A stretch of 22,730 nucleotides of DNA from assembly GCA_038893835.1 (NCBI GenBank), contig JAWAQR010000021.1, positions 1 through 22,730 on the forward strand. The letters run 5' to 3'. The translations under genes and the position numbers were made by a program. Positions 1-9,468 of the stretch are shown here, in pieces; positions within the stretch are counted from its first letter, which is position 1, and every line of letters begins with the position of its first letter. The stretch is from Archaeoglobaceae archaeon. GTDB taxonomy: Archaea > Halobacteriota > Archaeoglobi > Archaeoglobales > Archaeoglobaceae. The notes below the pieces were generated by a model. The model was not told the DNA's origin. It saw only the letters and a program-made list of their open reading frames with translations, and made no database searches.

Positions 1-279
1 CTTTAAGCTCATCCTGTACAGAGAAGCGCTGAGATGGATTTTTGACTTCTTTCAATCCCATTTTTGGTAGAGCTTAAGAATAAAAATATTAAAGCTCCGA
101 TTTGAAAAGGGTAAAGCATAAAAATAATTTATGTAATAATAAAGGGAAATTTTATCGCTTGCGACATACGAAGGAATAAAGGAGAAGTAGAAGAGTTGCT
201 TTGAAGGAAAATAAAGAAAATAATTGAGGAGCTGAGTTATAGGGAGCTCAACTTTCGAGCTAAAAAATCTTTGAGAAAG

Positions 280-1059
280 TTACAAAAACAACGATTCTAA
301 AGATGGTAGCACATAGTCAGGCTTGATTTCAGCCTTTTCAACGTCTTCCTTCTTTGTAACACCAGTTAAAACTAACAAGGTTTCCGCATCTATGCTTTTC
401 CCGGCTAAAACGTCAATTTCTATCTGATCTCCAACAACTACAACCTCTTCTGGTTTCAAATTCAACTTCCTCAAAGCTTCCAACATTATAACCCTTGATG
501 GCTTTCCAACGATCACATCTGGCAGTCTACCAGTCATCCAGTAAAGCGCACCTATTATCATCCCAGTTCCAGGCGTTGGACCATCTTCTGAGGGAAAAAT
601 CTTGTCTGGATTTGTTGCAATATATCTTACTCCTCGAAGACAGCAACGAAGAGCTTTTGTCATCAAATCATAGTTTATTTTCCTATTTGATCCCACAACA
701 AGATATTCTGCCTCATTATAATCTACTAGTCTCAAACCAGCTTCTATTAGCTCAGCCTTCAAACCATCTTCACCAGTTGTAAAAACCTTCGCCCTTTCCC
801 TTTCCATCGCTATAAACCTTGCAGTCGCATGAGTTGCAGAAACTATGTTTTCTTCCCCAACTTCTATTCCAAAAGATTTCAGTCTTTCCATTAATACTTT
901 CCTACTCCTCGTTGAGTTGTTCGAGACAAAAACAACTTTTTTACCAAGCTCAAGCAACTTCTTAACTCCTCTTACTCCTTCCTCAATTGGCTCAACGCTC
1001 CTGCTTATAACTCCATCGATGTCCACAATGAATCCCTTCTTTTTCAGCAAGGGATGCAT
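280..1059 (-). CDS. HAD-IIA family hydrolase (NagD/p-nitrophenyl phosphatase-like)
   Basis: Motif I DIDGV, SNNS motif, ATNPD, GKP and VGDQIEIDV motif IV. Its ATG overlaps the tbp stop by 1 nt (TAATG). Confidence 0.93.
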   Translation of the reverse strand: MHPLLKKKGFIVDIDGVISRSVEPIEEGVRGVKKLLELGKKVVFVSNNSTRSRKVLMERLKSFGIEVGEENIVSATHATARFIAMERERAKVFTTGEDGLKAELIEAGLRLVDYNEAEYLVVGSNRKINYDLMTKALRCCLRGVRYIATNPDKIFPSEDGPTPGTGMIIGALYWMTGRLPDVIVGKPSRVIMLEALRKLNLKPEEVVVVGDQIEIDVLAGKSIDAETLLVLTGVTKKEDVEKAEIKPDYVLPSLESLFL

Positions 1060-1607
1060 TACATCAGCCCTAACATTTTTAGTTCCTGCGAAATCTTTTC
1101 CACAGCCTTTTGCGCATCATCTGGATTTTTTCCTCCAGTCACCACCATCTTTCCAGAACCAAAGATTAAAACAACAACTCTTGGATTATCCAATCTGTAA
1201 ACCAATCCCGGAAACTGCTCCGGTTCATATTCAACGTTTTCAAGCCCAAGACCGACGGCGATTGCATTCAAGTTCAACTCTGTACCCAAATCAGCGGAGG
1301 CAACTATGTTCTGCACTTTAACTTCTGGCTCATCGATGACGGGTATATTTATATCTCTGAGCATTTTCACTATCTGCTTTACGGCTCTCTTTGCATCTTC
1401 AACACTCTTCGAACCTGTGCACACGATCTTACCACTTCTGAAAACAAGGGCAGCTGCTTTAGGCTCCTTAGTTCTCAAAACAAGTCCGGGAAACTGTTTT
1501 GGCTTATATTCAGAATCCTTTATTTCTCTTGCAATCCTTGGCAGATCTATGTTATCCCCAATCTGCGTCGATGCCACAACATTTTCAATCTTAATTTTAT
1601 ATTGCAT
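1059..1607 (-). CDS. tbp: TATA-box-binding protein
   Basis: Two direct repeats ([52 protein letters not shown]). GGGGGT SD-like sequence upstream. Confidence 0.99.
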   Translation of the reverse strand: MQYKIKIENVVASTQIGDNIDLPRIAREIKDSEYKPKQFPGLVLRTKEPKAAALVFRSGKIVCTGSKSVEDAKRAVKQIVKMLRDINIPVIDEPEVKVQNIVASADLGTELNLNAIAVGLGLENVEYEPEQFPGLVYRLDNPRVVVLIFGSGKMVVTGGKNPDDAQKAVEKISQELKMLGLM

Positions 1608-1626
1608 GAATACCCCCAGAAAACAA

Positions 1627-1647
1627 GGTTTATAAAGTATATAAACC
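1627..1647 (-). promoter_or_regulatory. tbp promoter: tandem TATA boxes forming an 8-bp inverted repeat
   Basis: + strand reads GGTTTATA-AAGTA-TATAAACC. - strand reads TTTATATA-C-TTTATAAA, 21-38 nt upstream of the tbp ATG. Confidence 0.7.
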
Positions 1648-2625
1648 CTACGCAGATTCCAGCTTCATAAGTTCTTTTCTCGCATCAGAGATCAGCTCGT
1701 TCAAATACTTGGCCACCGCTTTCTTCAAGTCAAACGGATGAAGCTTCATCGCCCTAAAGTCTTCAACAAGGGATTCAAAAGATTCGTATTCAACGTCTCC
1801 CCCAAACTTCGAATCCCTCTCAATCATAATCTTTCCAAAAGATGGAAATATGTAATGTTTGACTAAGTCTATTATAGGATTTCCTTCAACAATTCCCTGT
1901 GGACAGTAAGCCTTCATTATCTTCCTCTCTAACTCTTCAGCAGAGTCTCTGAGAGAAATATAGTTCCCCTTTGACTTGCTCATCTTCTCTCCATCCAATC
2001 CCGCAATTATTGGAGTGTGAATGCAGATTGGCGCTTTATAGCCCAGACTTGGCAGATTTTCCCTTGCGAGCATGTGGATCTTTCTCTGATCCATTCCACC
2101 AACGGCAACATCTATTCCTAGATAAGCTATGTCCAGAGCCTGCATCAATGGATAGATCATCTGGGAGACCATTGGATCTTCCTTCCTTCTGCTCACCTCA
2201 TCCATACTCCTTCTAGCCCTGTTTAGCGTCGTAATTCTCGCCAGTTTCAGCACGTCGAGCATGTAATCTCTGTTCAGCTGATACTCGCTACCCAAGATGA
2301 ACTTCGTGTTTTCCTCCTTCAAACCAAATGCTATGAAAGTCTTCATATTTCTCTCTGCAAGCTTTCTTATTTCCTCAAAACTACCCTTTTCGTTTAGATA
2401 AGCATGTATATCTGCTAAGAGGACTATTATCTCAAATCCAGCTCTCTGAAGATCTTTCAGCTTGTTTACGGTTATCAAATGTCCTAAATGGATGTCGCCA
2501 CTCGGTTCATAGCCAACATAGGCCCTAGGTTTCTCCTTTGTTTCCAACAATTTCCTCAATTCCTGAACAGTTATGATTTCCTCCGCATTCCTAGTTATCA
2601 ACGCAATTTTCTCTTCAAGATCCAT
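1648..2625 (-). CDS. tyrS: Tyrosine--tRNA ligase (archaeal)
   Basis: [12 protein letters not shown]-like [21 protein letters not shown] and KMSKS motifs. Confidence 0.98.
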   Translation of the reverse strand: MDLEEKIALITRNAEEIITVQELRKLLETKEKPRAYVGYEPSGDIHLGHLITVNKLKDLQRAGFEIIVLLADIHAYLNEKGSFEEIRKLAERNMKTFIAFGLKEENTKFILGSEYQLNRDYMLDVLKLARITTLNRARRSMDEVSRRKEDPMVSQMIYPLMQALDIAYLGIDVAVGGMDQRKIHMLARENLPSLGYKAPICIHTPIIAGLDGEKMSKSKGNYISLRDSAEELERKIMKAYCPQGIVEGNPIIDLVKHYIFPSFGKIMIERDSKFGGDVEYESFESLVEDFRAMKLHPFDLKKAVAKYLNELISDARKELMKLESA

Positions 2626-2699
2626 AAAGATTGCTCACCCAAGATTTTTATATTTCTTTCTGTCAGCAAATTTAAAAAACAGACTTGCAATGCAGCTAT
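2626..2699. promoter_or_regulatory. Divergent back-to-back promoters for tyrS and lysS
   Basis: - strand TATAAAAA (2645-2652) plus GGGTGA SD before tyrS. + strand TTTAAAAA (2671-2678) lies about 21 nt before the lysS ATG at 2700. Confidence 0.55.
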
Positions 2700-4175
2700 A
2701 TGCACTGGGCAGATGTCATAGCTTCAGAACTCATCGAGATTTCAAGCTTTCATCGCATAGGCACAGGTATATCTCCCTCTGGCCATATACATCTTGGTAA
2801 CCTCAGAGAAATGGTAACAGCCGATGCTGTGAGGAGAGCGATAATTGAGGCTGGTGGAAGAGCTGAAATAATCTACATAGCGGACGATATGGATCCATTG
2901 AGAAGGAGATACCCATTTCTACCAGAGAAATATAATGAATACGTAGGAATGCCCCTTTGCAACATTCCAGATCCATCAGGATGCCATGAAAGTTATTCTG
3001 AACACTTTCTACAACCTTTTCTCGAATCTCTTGAAATACTTGGAATTCCTGTAGAGACAAAAAGGGCTAGCGAGATGTATAAGCAAGGTTTGTATGAAGA
3101 GGCTATAAAGACTTCTTTGAAGAACAACGAGAAAATATCCAAAATTATAAGGGAAGTAACCGGTAGAGAATTGGAAGAAGATTGGTATCCATTCATGCCC
3201 ATCTGTGAGAACTGTGGAAAGATAAATTCCACAAAGGTTACAGGTTTTGATGAAAATTGGGTCTACTATTCTTGCAGCTGTGGAAATTCTGGAAAGGTGA
3301 GCTATAGAGGAGGAGGAAAGCTTAGTTGGAGACTAGATTGGGTTGCAAGATGGAAGATTTTGAAGATAACTTGTGAACCTTTTGGAAAGGATCATGCCAC
3401 TGCAGGAGGAAGTTATGATACTGGAAAAAGGCTTGCGAGAGAAATATTCGATTATCCCCCTCCTTTCCCGATTCCATACGAGTGGATTCACCTAAAAGGC
3501 GTTGGAGCTATGAAGAGCTCAAAGGGAATTGTAATACCGGTCAGGGAGTTAGTAGAAACTCTTCCGCCGGAGCTTGTGAGGTACATAATAATGAGGGCAA
3601 AACCGGAAAGACATATCGAATTCGATCCAGGACTTGGATTGCTTGAAATAATCGACGAGTTCGAGGAAAAGTTCAAGGAAAGGGACAGAAGCGTGCAGCT
3701 GAGCCTTGTTCATGAGGTTGAATACACAGAGGTCCCATTTAGACATCTGATAATCGTGGGGCAGATAGCGAAATGGGACGTTGAAAGAGTTCTGGAAATT
3801 CTGGAAAGAAATGGATATGAGAGGGAAAAGGTTAGAAATGATGTTGAGAGGAGGTTAAAATATTGCAAGGCCTGGCTTGAAAAGTATGCTCCCAAAAACC
3901 TAAGATTCGAGCTGATAACTGGAAAGGTTGAAATCAGTGATGAGGAAAGAAAATTCGTTGAAAGATATGCTGAAAGACTCAAAGAAGATATGAACGCTGA
4001 AGAAATACACAAACTAGTATACGAGGTTGCCAGAGAAGTTGGCATAGATTCGAGCAGGGCTTTTAAAGTTGTTTATAGAATTTTAATTGGCAGAGACCAT
4101 GGACCAAGGCTTGGATATTTCATAAAATCGCTCGGAGTAGATTGGGTTAAAAAGAGGATTCATGAAGCGTATTGA
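2700..4175 (+). CDS. lysS: Lysine--tRNA ligase, class I
   Basis: N-terminal MHWAD, PSGHIHLGNLRE, Zn-binding CxxC motifs, EPFGKDH, MKSSKG (KMSKS-like) and GPRLG. Start moved from 2685 to the ATG at 2700 on family N-terminus and TATA spacing. Confidence 0.97.
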   Translation: MHWADVIASELIEISSFHRIGTGISPSGHIHLGNLREMVTADAVRRAIIEAGGRAEIIYIADDMDPLRRRYPFLPEKYNEYVGMPLCNIPDPSGCHESYSEHFLQPFLESLEILGIPVETKRASEMYKQGLYEEAIKTSLKNNEKISKIIREVTGRELEEDWYPFMPICENCGKINSTKVTGFDENWVYYSCSCGNSGKVSYRGGGKLSWRLDWVARWKILKITCEPFGKDHATAGGSYDTGKRLAREIFDYPPPFPIPYEWIHLKGVGAMKSSKGIVIPVRELVETLPPELVRYIIMRAKPERHIEFDPGLGLLEIIDEFEEKFKERDRSVQLSLVHEVEYTEVPFRHLIIVGQIAKWDVERVLEILERNGYEREKVRNDVERRLKYCKAWLEKYAPKNLRFELITGKVEISDEERKFVERYAERLKEDMNAEEIHKLVYEVAREVGIDSSRAFKVVYRILIGRDHGPRLGYFIKSLGVDWVKKRIHEAY

Positions 4176-5142
4176 AGCTGGAAGTTATTACAGTTACCTT
4201 CCCGAAGGATGCAGATTATGTAGGAGAGGTGCAAAGCTCACATTATTCATAACCGGGATTTGCAATAATTCCTGCTTTTACTGTCCTGTTTCAAAGCAAA
4301 GATTTGGAAAGGACGTAGTCTTCGCAAATGAAAGAGAAGTTAAAAAAATAGATGATTTCATCGCTGAAGTAGAAGCTATGAGTGCGGAAGGTGTTGCGAT
4401 CACTGGAGGGGAGCCAATGCTTAAGCTTGATAGATTAATGGAATTCACGAAGATTTCTAAAAGTTACGATCTTCACGTCCATGTTTACACTTCAATCCCT
4501 GTTAAAAGAAATGTTCTGGAAAAGATAAAAGTGGACGAGATTCGTTTTCATCCACCAGAGCTCAAGGATGTTGAAAAGTATGCTGAATCAATAAAGGAGG
4601 CAAAAAAGCTCGGAATCGATGCAGGCTTCGAAATTCCGGCCATAGCTTTTGAGAAAAAGTTGGTCGAAATTGCGAATGAAGTCGATGCATTTTTAAATCT
4701 CAACCAACTAGAGGCAAGTGAAAGGAACTGGTTTGAACTCGAAAAAAGGGGTTTCGTGATAAAGGATTATTACGTAGAAAACGGTGAAGTAGTGAAGCTT
4801 TATGAGAGAGTCAGAAAATTCCATTATTGCACCGCAAGATTTAAGGACTCTGTGCAGTTCAGAAGGAGACTTATAAGGATGGCGATGAACTTACCAGACT
4901 TTTACCTAGTGACAAGAGATGGGACCGTGCTTTGCACGAGGATAGAGGGAGATCTTAGAAAGGCTGAAAAGATATTAAGGGAAAGAGGGATAGAGTTTCA
5001 GCGCTTTGAAGACTGCATCGAAACCAGTCCAAAGATTGCAGAAGAGCTTGGAAAAATTCTGAAAGCAGAGGGTTTAAAGATTGCACTCGTTGAAAGATAT
5101 CCGACGTTTAATAGAACGATAATCGAGCTGATGTGGGTTTGA
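4162..5142 (+). CDS. Uncharacterised radical SAM protein (COG2108-like, PFL-activase related)
   Basis: GCRLC followed by CNNSCFYC (CxxxCxxC) and TGGEP. Overlaps the lysS end by 14 nt. Confidence 0.88.
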   Translation: MKRIEAGSYYSYLPEGCRLCRRGAKLTLFITGICNNSCFYCPVSKQRFGKDVVFANEREVKKIDDFIAEVEAMSAEGVAITGGEPMLKLDRLMEFTKISKSYDLHVHVYTSIPVKRNVLEKIKVDEIRFHPPELKDVEKYAESIKEAKKLGIDAGFEIPAIAFEKKLVEIANEVDAFLNLNQLEASERNWFELEKRGFVIKDYYVENGEVVKLYERVRKFHYCTARFKDSVQFRRRLIRMAMNLPDFYLVTRDGTVLCTRIEGDLRKAEKILRERGIEFQRFEDCIETSPKIAEELGKILKAEGLKIALVERYPTFNRTIIELMWV

Positions 5143-5144
5143 GT

Positions 5145-5432
5145 ATGGACGTGGAGACGAGACTTAAAAAATATTTGGAGAATGATAAAAATGGAATAAG
5201 AAAAGAGCTCTTACTCGTATTTCTGGATGGAAAAAAGCATACGAGCGATGAAGTTTACGAGATACTCAAAAGCAAAGGATTTGCTATGAACAAGAGAAGC
5301 GTTTCTGCAATGTTGGGAGTAGTGAGTTCAAAGCTCGGAATAGTCAAAACAGAGCTCGGAGAGAAGAAGAAATATTACATAAAAGGCGAATATGTCGAAC
5401 TTGTGGAAAGGGTTGTCAAAACCAGTGTATAA
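5145..5432 (+). CDS. DUF2551-like small winged-helix protein
   Basis: RLKKYLENDKNGIRKELL...SVSAMLG...SKLGI pattern, recalled from archaeal DUF2551. ATG at 5145 lies 2 nt after the upstream stop. Confidence 0.7.
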   Translation: MDVETRLKKYLENDKNGIRKELLLVFLDGKKHTSDEVYEILKSKGFAMNKRSVSAMLGVVSSKLGIVKTELGEKKKYYIKGEYVELVERVVKTSV

Positions 5433-6177
5433 AGTATATGAGAGGATTTTAACAAAAACTGTGATGAAGGGCGAGATTCCAAAACACATAGCCATAATAA
5501 TGGATGGAAATCGGAGATTTGCGCGAAAAATGGGGATGAAAGAAGTAATGGGTCACGAATTTGGATCTAAAAAGGCTGAAGAAGTTCTGAAATGGTGTTG
5601 GGAGCTCGGAATTAAAATGCTTACATTATACGCATTTTCAACGGAGAACTTTAAGAGAAGTGAAGAAGAAAAAAGAAACATTTTCAGAATATTTGAAAGG
5701 GAATTGAAGAGAATTCTGGAGGATAAAGAAGTTTACGAGAAAAAAGTCAGAGTTAAAGTAGTTGGAAAAAAGAACCTGCTGCCTGAAAACATTCTCAAAC
5801 TCGTCGAAGAAGTAGAAAAAGCTACAGAAAATCATGATAAATGCTTTTTGAACATTGCAGTGGCATATGGAGGTAGGCAAGAGTTAGTAGATGCAGCTAG
5901 GAAAATCGTCGAAAAGGTTATGAAGGGAGAACTGAAGTTTGAAGAGATAGATGAAAGGGTTGTGGAGAAAAATCTTTACAACGATCACGAACTCTACACG
6001 AAGGTGGACATCGTGATAAGGAGTGGTGGGGAGCAAAGATTATCGAATTTTCTTCCCTGGCAAACTGTGAATAGTTTTGCTTATTTCTGCGATGTTTATT
6101 GGCCAGAATTCAGAAAGATAGACCTGCTTAGAGCTATAAGAGAATGGCAGAGGAGAAGGATATGTCGAAGAAGTTGA
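5392..6177 (+). CDS. uppS: cis-prenyltransferase (undecaprenyl/polyprenyl diphosphate synthase)
   Basis: HIAIIMDGNRR, YAFSTENFKR, AYGGRQE, IRSGGEQRLSNFLPWQ and YWPEF. Exact start uncertain. Confidence 0.97.
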   Translation: MSNLWKGLSKPVYKVYERILTKTVMKGEIPKHIAIIMDGNRRFARKMGMKEVMGHEFGSKKAEEVLKWCWELGIKMLTLYAFSTENFKRSEEEKRNIFRIFERELKRILEDKEVYEKKVRVKVVGKKNLLPENILKLVEEVEKATENHDKCFLNIAVAYGGRQELVDAARKIVEKVMKGELKFEEIDERVVEKNLYNDHELYTKVDIVIRSGGEQRLSNFLPWQTVNSFAYFCDVYWPEFRKIDLLRAIREWQRRRICRRS

Positions 6178-7376
6178 TGTACGAATTTAAAAGAAAACTG
6201 GAAGAGTTGGAAAAATATAGGGGGAGGGGGACGGAGCTGATAACGCTCTACATACCTCCAGATAGGAACATAGCAGACGTTGCAAATCAGCTGAGAGAAG
6301 AATTGAACCAGGCTTCAAACATAAAATCAAAGCAGACAAGGACGAACGTAATTTCAGGACTTGAAGCGATATTGAACAGGTTGAAGTTATACAGGAAACC
6401 ACCTGAACATGGAATGGTCATATTCAGCGGTATGGTGACTATAGATGGAAAGGAAAAGCATATAACAGAAATCCTTGAACCACCGGAACCTGTGCCGCTT
6501 TACAAATACCACTGCGATTCCAAGTTTTATCTGGAACCTCTTAAGGAAATGCTGAAGGAAAAGAAGCTCTATGGCTTAATAGTGCTGGATAGGAAAGAAG
6601 CGACAATAGGGCTGTTGAAGGGGAGGAGAATTGAAATCCTAGATTACGATACTTCCATGGTTCCAGGAAAGCATAGACAAGGAGGGCAGAGCAGTGTTAG
6701 GTTTGAAAGGTTGAGAGAACAAGCAATACATGAGTTCTACAAAAAAGTTGGAGAAATGGCAAACAACGCTTTTTTACCTTACAAGGAGAGAATTGTCGGA
6801 ATAATCATCGGCGGTCCATCGCCGACAAAAGAAGAGTTCTACCAAGGAGAATACATGCACCACGAACTACAGAGAAAAGTTCTTGGACTTTTTGACGTTG
6901 GATATACAGATGAGAGTGGTCTTTACGAGCTTGTAGACAAGGCAAAAGATCTTCTTTCAGAAGTTGAACTCGTAAAGGAAAAAGAGCTTATGAATCGTTT
7001 TCTTTATGAGGTTTCAAGGGATGGACTGGCTGTTTATGGGGAGGAGGAGATAAGGAGATATCTGGAACTCGGAGCTGTGGATGTTCTCCTGATTTCTGAA
7101 GATCTCAGATTTGAAAGAGTTCTCTACCGCTGCCCTATGTGTGGTGGGGAAAGAATGTTAACATTGAAGGATGAAGTCAAGTCGAAGCAGATTTGTGAAA
7201 AAGACGGCATTGAAATGGAGGAAGTTGAGAGAGTAGATGTCGTCCTAGAACTTTCAGAGATAGCTGAAAAAATGAACACGAAGGTTGAATTTCTCTCCAC
7301 CGAAACAAAGGAGGGAGAGATACTGTTGAAAGCCTTTGGGGGGTTAGCTGGAATATTGAGATTCAAGCCAAAGTGA
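6144..7376 (+). CDS. prf1: Peptide chain release factor aRF1
   Basis: GTELITLYIP, NIKS, YHCDSKF (YxCxxxF), GGQS and a C-terminal GGLAGILRF. Confidence 0.99.
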   Translation: MAEEKDMSKKLMYEFKRKLEELEKYRGRGTELITLYIPPDRNIADVANQLREELNQASNIKSKQTRTNVISGLEAILNRLKLYRKPPEHGMVIFSGMVTIDGKEKHITEILEPPEPVPLYKYHCDSKFYLEPLKEMLKEKKLYGLIVLDRKEATIGLLKGRRIEILDYDTSMVPGKHRQGGQSSVRFERLREQAIHEFYKKVGEMANNAFLPYKERIVGIIIGGPSPTKEEFYQGEYMHHELQRKVLGLFDVGYTDESGLYELVDKAKDLLSEVELVKEKELMNRFLYEVSRDGLAVYGEEEIRRYLELGAVDVLLISEDLRFERVLYRCPMCGGERMLTLKDEVKSKQICEKDGIEMEEVERVDVVLELSEIAEKMNTKVEFLSTETKEGEILLKAFGGLAGILRFKPK

Positions 7377-7380
7377 ATGC

Positions 7381-7394
7381 GAAAAAATTTATAT
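7381..7394 (+). promoter_or_regulatory. BRE-TATA for the small ORF at 7421
   Basis: GAAAAAA-TTTATAT ends 26 nt upstream of the ATG at 7421, typical spacing for a leaderless archaeal transcript. Confidence 0.55.
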
Positions 7395-7420
7395 TTCAGA
7401 GGGTGTCTTTTTTGAGAAAC

Positions 7421-7579
7421 ATGAAACATTTAAAGAAGTTTAAGGAATATTTCGAAGACATAAGACCAGTGACGGATGAGGAACTTGAGGAGCTCCTGAA
7501 CGATCCACCGAAGAAGGATGAGAAGAAAAAGAACTTGAAGAGGGCCAAAAAAGAACTTTACAGACAGAAAGAGTTCTAG
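7421..7579 (+). CDS. Small highly charged hypothetical protein (52 aa)
   Basis: ATG at the right distance from a BRE-TATA. Purine-rich coding bias. Fills the prf1-tpiA gap, and its stop overlaps the tpiA stop (CTAG). Confidence 0.6.
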   Translation: MKHLKKFKEYFEDIRPVTDEELEELLNDPPKKDEKKKNLKRAKKELYRQKEF

Positions 7580-8232
7580 CGCAGACCGACTAAGTCTTCT
7601 AGCGCTCTTTTTTTATCTTTAGCCTTCACAACACCACTTGCAAGGAGAACTCCATCTGCGCCGAGTTCGAGGGCTCTGATGTAGTCTTCATACCCAGTAA
7701 TCCCTGCACCGCAGAGAACTTTTATATCACTACAGATTTCCTTGGCAGACCTTACAGACTTCTCAACAATCTCCGGCTTTGCTTTACTTACTGCAATTCC
7801 TGTACCTATCAGCTCTGGAGGTTCCACAGCTACGAAGTCTGGTTTTAAAGCAGCAACGGCTCTTGTTGTGGAAACGTTGTTCGTGCAAACAATGGAAATT
7901 AGCCCGAGCTTCCTCATTTTAGAAATGCAGAAATCTATATCAGCTAGCTTCATCCTTTTCTCCGAGTGATTCAACAGGCTCCCCTTTGCCCCATATTCCT
8001 TTATCATCTCCGCATTAACAGCTCCAGTAAAGCTACCAAAGTCAACAGCATCTATGTGCTGCGCAAAGACGTCGATGCTGACTTCTCTAGCTATTAGTGG
8101 GAGATCCAAATAGTTGACTGCAACTGCTATGTAAACACCGCTTTTCTCAGCCACTTCTTCAGCAATCTTTGCCAGCTCAAGCGCATTTTTTCCAAAACCC
8201 TCAAAATAAGCTTTGAAGTTTATGACTATCAT
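7576..8232 (-). CDS. tpiA: Triosephosphate isomerase (archaeal type)
   Basis: INFKAY, NHSEKR, AVEPPELIGTG, CGAGI and GVLLASGV. Confidence 0.98.
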   Translation of the reverse strand: MIVINFKAYFEGFGKNALELAKIAEEVAEKSGVYIAVAVNYLDLPLIAREVSIDVFAQHIDAVDFGSFTGAVNAEMIKEYGAKGSLLNHSEKRMKLADIDFCISKMRKLGLISIVCTNNVSTTRAVAALKPDFVAVEPPELIGTGIAVSKAKPEIVEKSVRSAKEICSDIKVLCGAGITGYEDYIRALELGADGVLLASGVVKAKDKKRALEDLVGLR

Positions 8233-8233
8233 A

Positions 8234-9415
8234 TCAGAAGTCCGTCATTATTCTAAACTGATCCGTATCTGGCTTCAAATGTATCATGAATTTTCTCACA
8301 GCTCCTTCGACGTCTCTTGCCTTCGTTATCGCCCTGCCAACGATTACTATATCTGCTCCAGCTGATATCACTTCTGGAAAGTTTTCAGGTTTTATTCCTC
8401 CAGCAACAGCAACAAGGACCTTGAACTTCTCCTTTATCTTCCTTGCAAGAGCCCATGGTGGCTGGGATTGTTCAACATCTATAGCCCTATGCAGCTCAAC
8501 AACGTCTGGCAAAGCTTCGCTTGCAATCTCTTCTAATCTAGCCACTGGATTTTCAACGTTCAGCATATCAACAAATGCCAATATTCCTGTCTTCTTCGCC
8601 TCATTTATTCCCTTAACAATCGTGCTCTTTGGTGCTAAACCAGAAATTACGACCGCATTTGCTGTAGCATCAGCAGCCATTCTCGCTTCGAGATTTCCAA
8701 CGTCTAAGGTTTTCAAATCTAGTATGAAGAAGGCATTTGGCTTTATATCCCTCAATTTCAGAACAACATCGCATCCGTATTTCTTAACAAGTGGAGTCCC
8801 TATTTCGAAGATTATGTGATCGCTTTCTGGAATCTGAGATAATATAGAAATAACTTCTTCCAGATCTGGGATATCAAAGGCTATCTGCAAATACGGAGGA
8901 TCCCAGAGCTTCGTAAGCTTTCTACCAACAAGTGGATGCACACTGCGATCTTTCTCATATAGCACGGTTTCAACATCTGGAAAGTTGCTCATAGCTCTCT
9001 TTATAGCCAGCTTTGTGGCTCCATAGTTGTAGTAGTAGATCTTGTGCTTGTTCTTTGCCATTGGATGTATGAAGACGCTTACGATTATAAGATACTCTTC
9101 CGCCTTCTCCTTCGGAATATACCCTTCCTCAACTGCATCTGCTATAGCTTTTGCCACTGCTGCCTGTGCAACACCAAATATTAGCTCTGCTTGCTCCATA
9201 GTCTTAACCGTTACCTTTGGAACTATGATTGCAGGTGGTTTTGTTATTAAGTTTGGTCTGAGGACTGCTAGTAAAGGCGTATGTCCTGCAGAGAGATTGG
9301 AGAGAGCATTTGCAAATGCAAATGCTACAGGGCTATCTTTTGTTCCTATTAACAAATCTATGTGAGCAACCTCATAGCCTTCACCAATCAAAGCTTCACC
9401 AACTCTGAATTCCAT
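8234..9415 (-). CDS. fae-hps: Bifunctional formaldehyde-activating enzyme / 3-hexulose-6-phosphate synthase
   Basis: N-terminal Fae domain (GEALIG, EVAHIDL, GHTPLLAVLRPN, VFIHP). C-terminal HPS barrel (LQIAFD, EIGTPL, DLKTLD, LHRAID, AVAGG, IVGRAIT). Confidence 0.96.
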   Translation of the reverse strand: MEFRVGEALIGEGYEVAHIDLLIGTKDSPVAFAFANALSNLSAGHTPLLAVLRPNLITKPPAIIVPKVTVKTMEQAELIFGVAQAAVAKAIADAVEEGYIPKEKAEEYLIIVSVFIHPMAKNKHKIYYYNYGATKLAIKRAMSNFPDVETVLYEKDRSVHPLVGRKLTKLWDPPYLQIAFDIPDLEEVISILSQIPESDHIIFEIGTPLVKKYGCDVVLKLRDIKPNAFFILDLKTLDVGNLEARMAADATANAVVISGLAPKSTIVKGINEAKKTGILAFVDMLNVENPVARLEEIASEALPDVVELHRAIDVEQSQPPWALARKIKEKFKVLVAVAGGIKPENFPEVISAGADIVIVGRAITKARDVEGAVRKFMIHLKPDTDQFRIMTDF

Positions 9416-9468
9416 GCTCCAATTCTTGGTTTAGTAATAAACTTTTTGTTCAAGAACAGGCTTTTTAG

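Noticed and set aside
1-70. Partial CDS at the window edge: + strand ...FKLILYREALRWIFDFFQSHFW* (2-70), or - strand MGLKEVKNPSQRFSVQDELK... starting at 61
   Set aside because: Both readings are open and plausible; too short to choose without flanking sequence.
115-300. Purine-rich, protein-like + frame (KIIYVIIKGNFIACDIRRNKGEVEELL*RKIKKIIEELSYREL...) with one internal TGA at 202-204
   Set aside because: No start codon or recognisable family. It could be a gene remnant, but this cannot be supported, and there is no evidence for recoding.
2685-2699. Track start of lysS (MQCSY extension)
   Set aside because: The family N-terminus MHWAD and the TATA spacing favour ATG 2700.
7124-7210. aRF1 C-terminal zinc-ribbon insert CPMC...CEKD with Asp at the fourth ligand position
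   Set aside because: This mini-domain is variable among archaeal aRF1s, so it is not clearly unusual.
9447-9458. Palindrome TGTTC-AA-GAACA between fae-hps and the GTPase
   Set aside because: Only 5-bp arms and a single occurrence; expected by chance.
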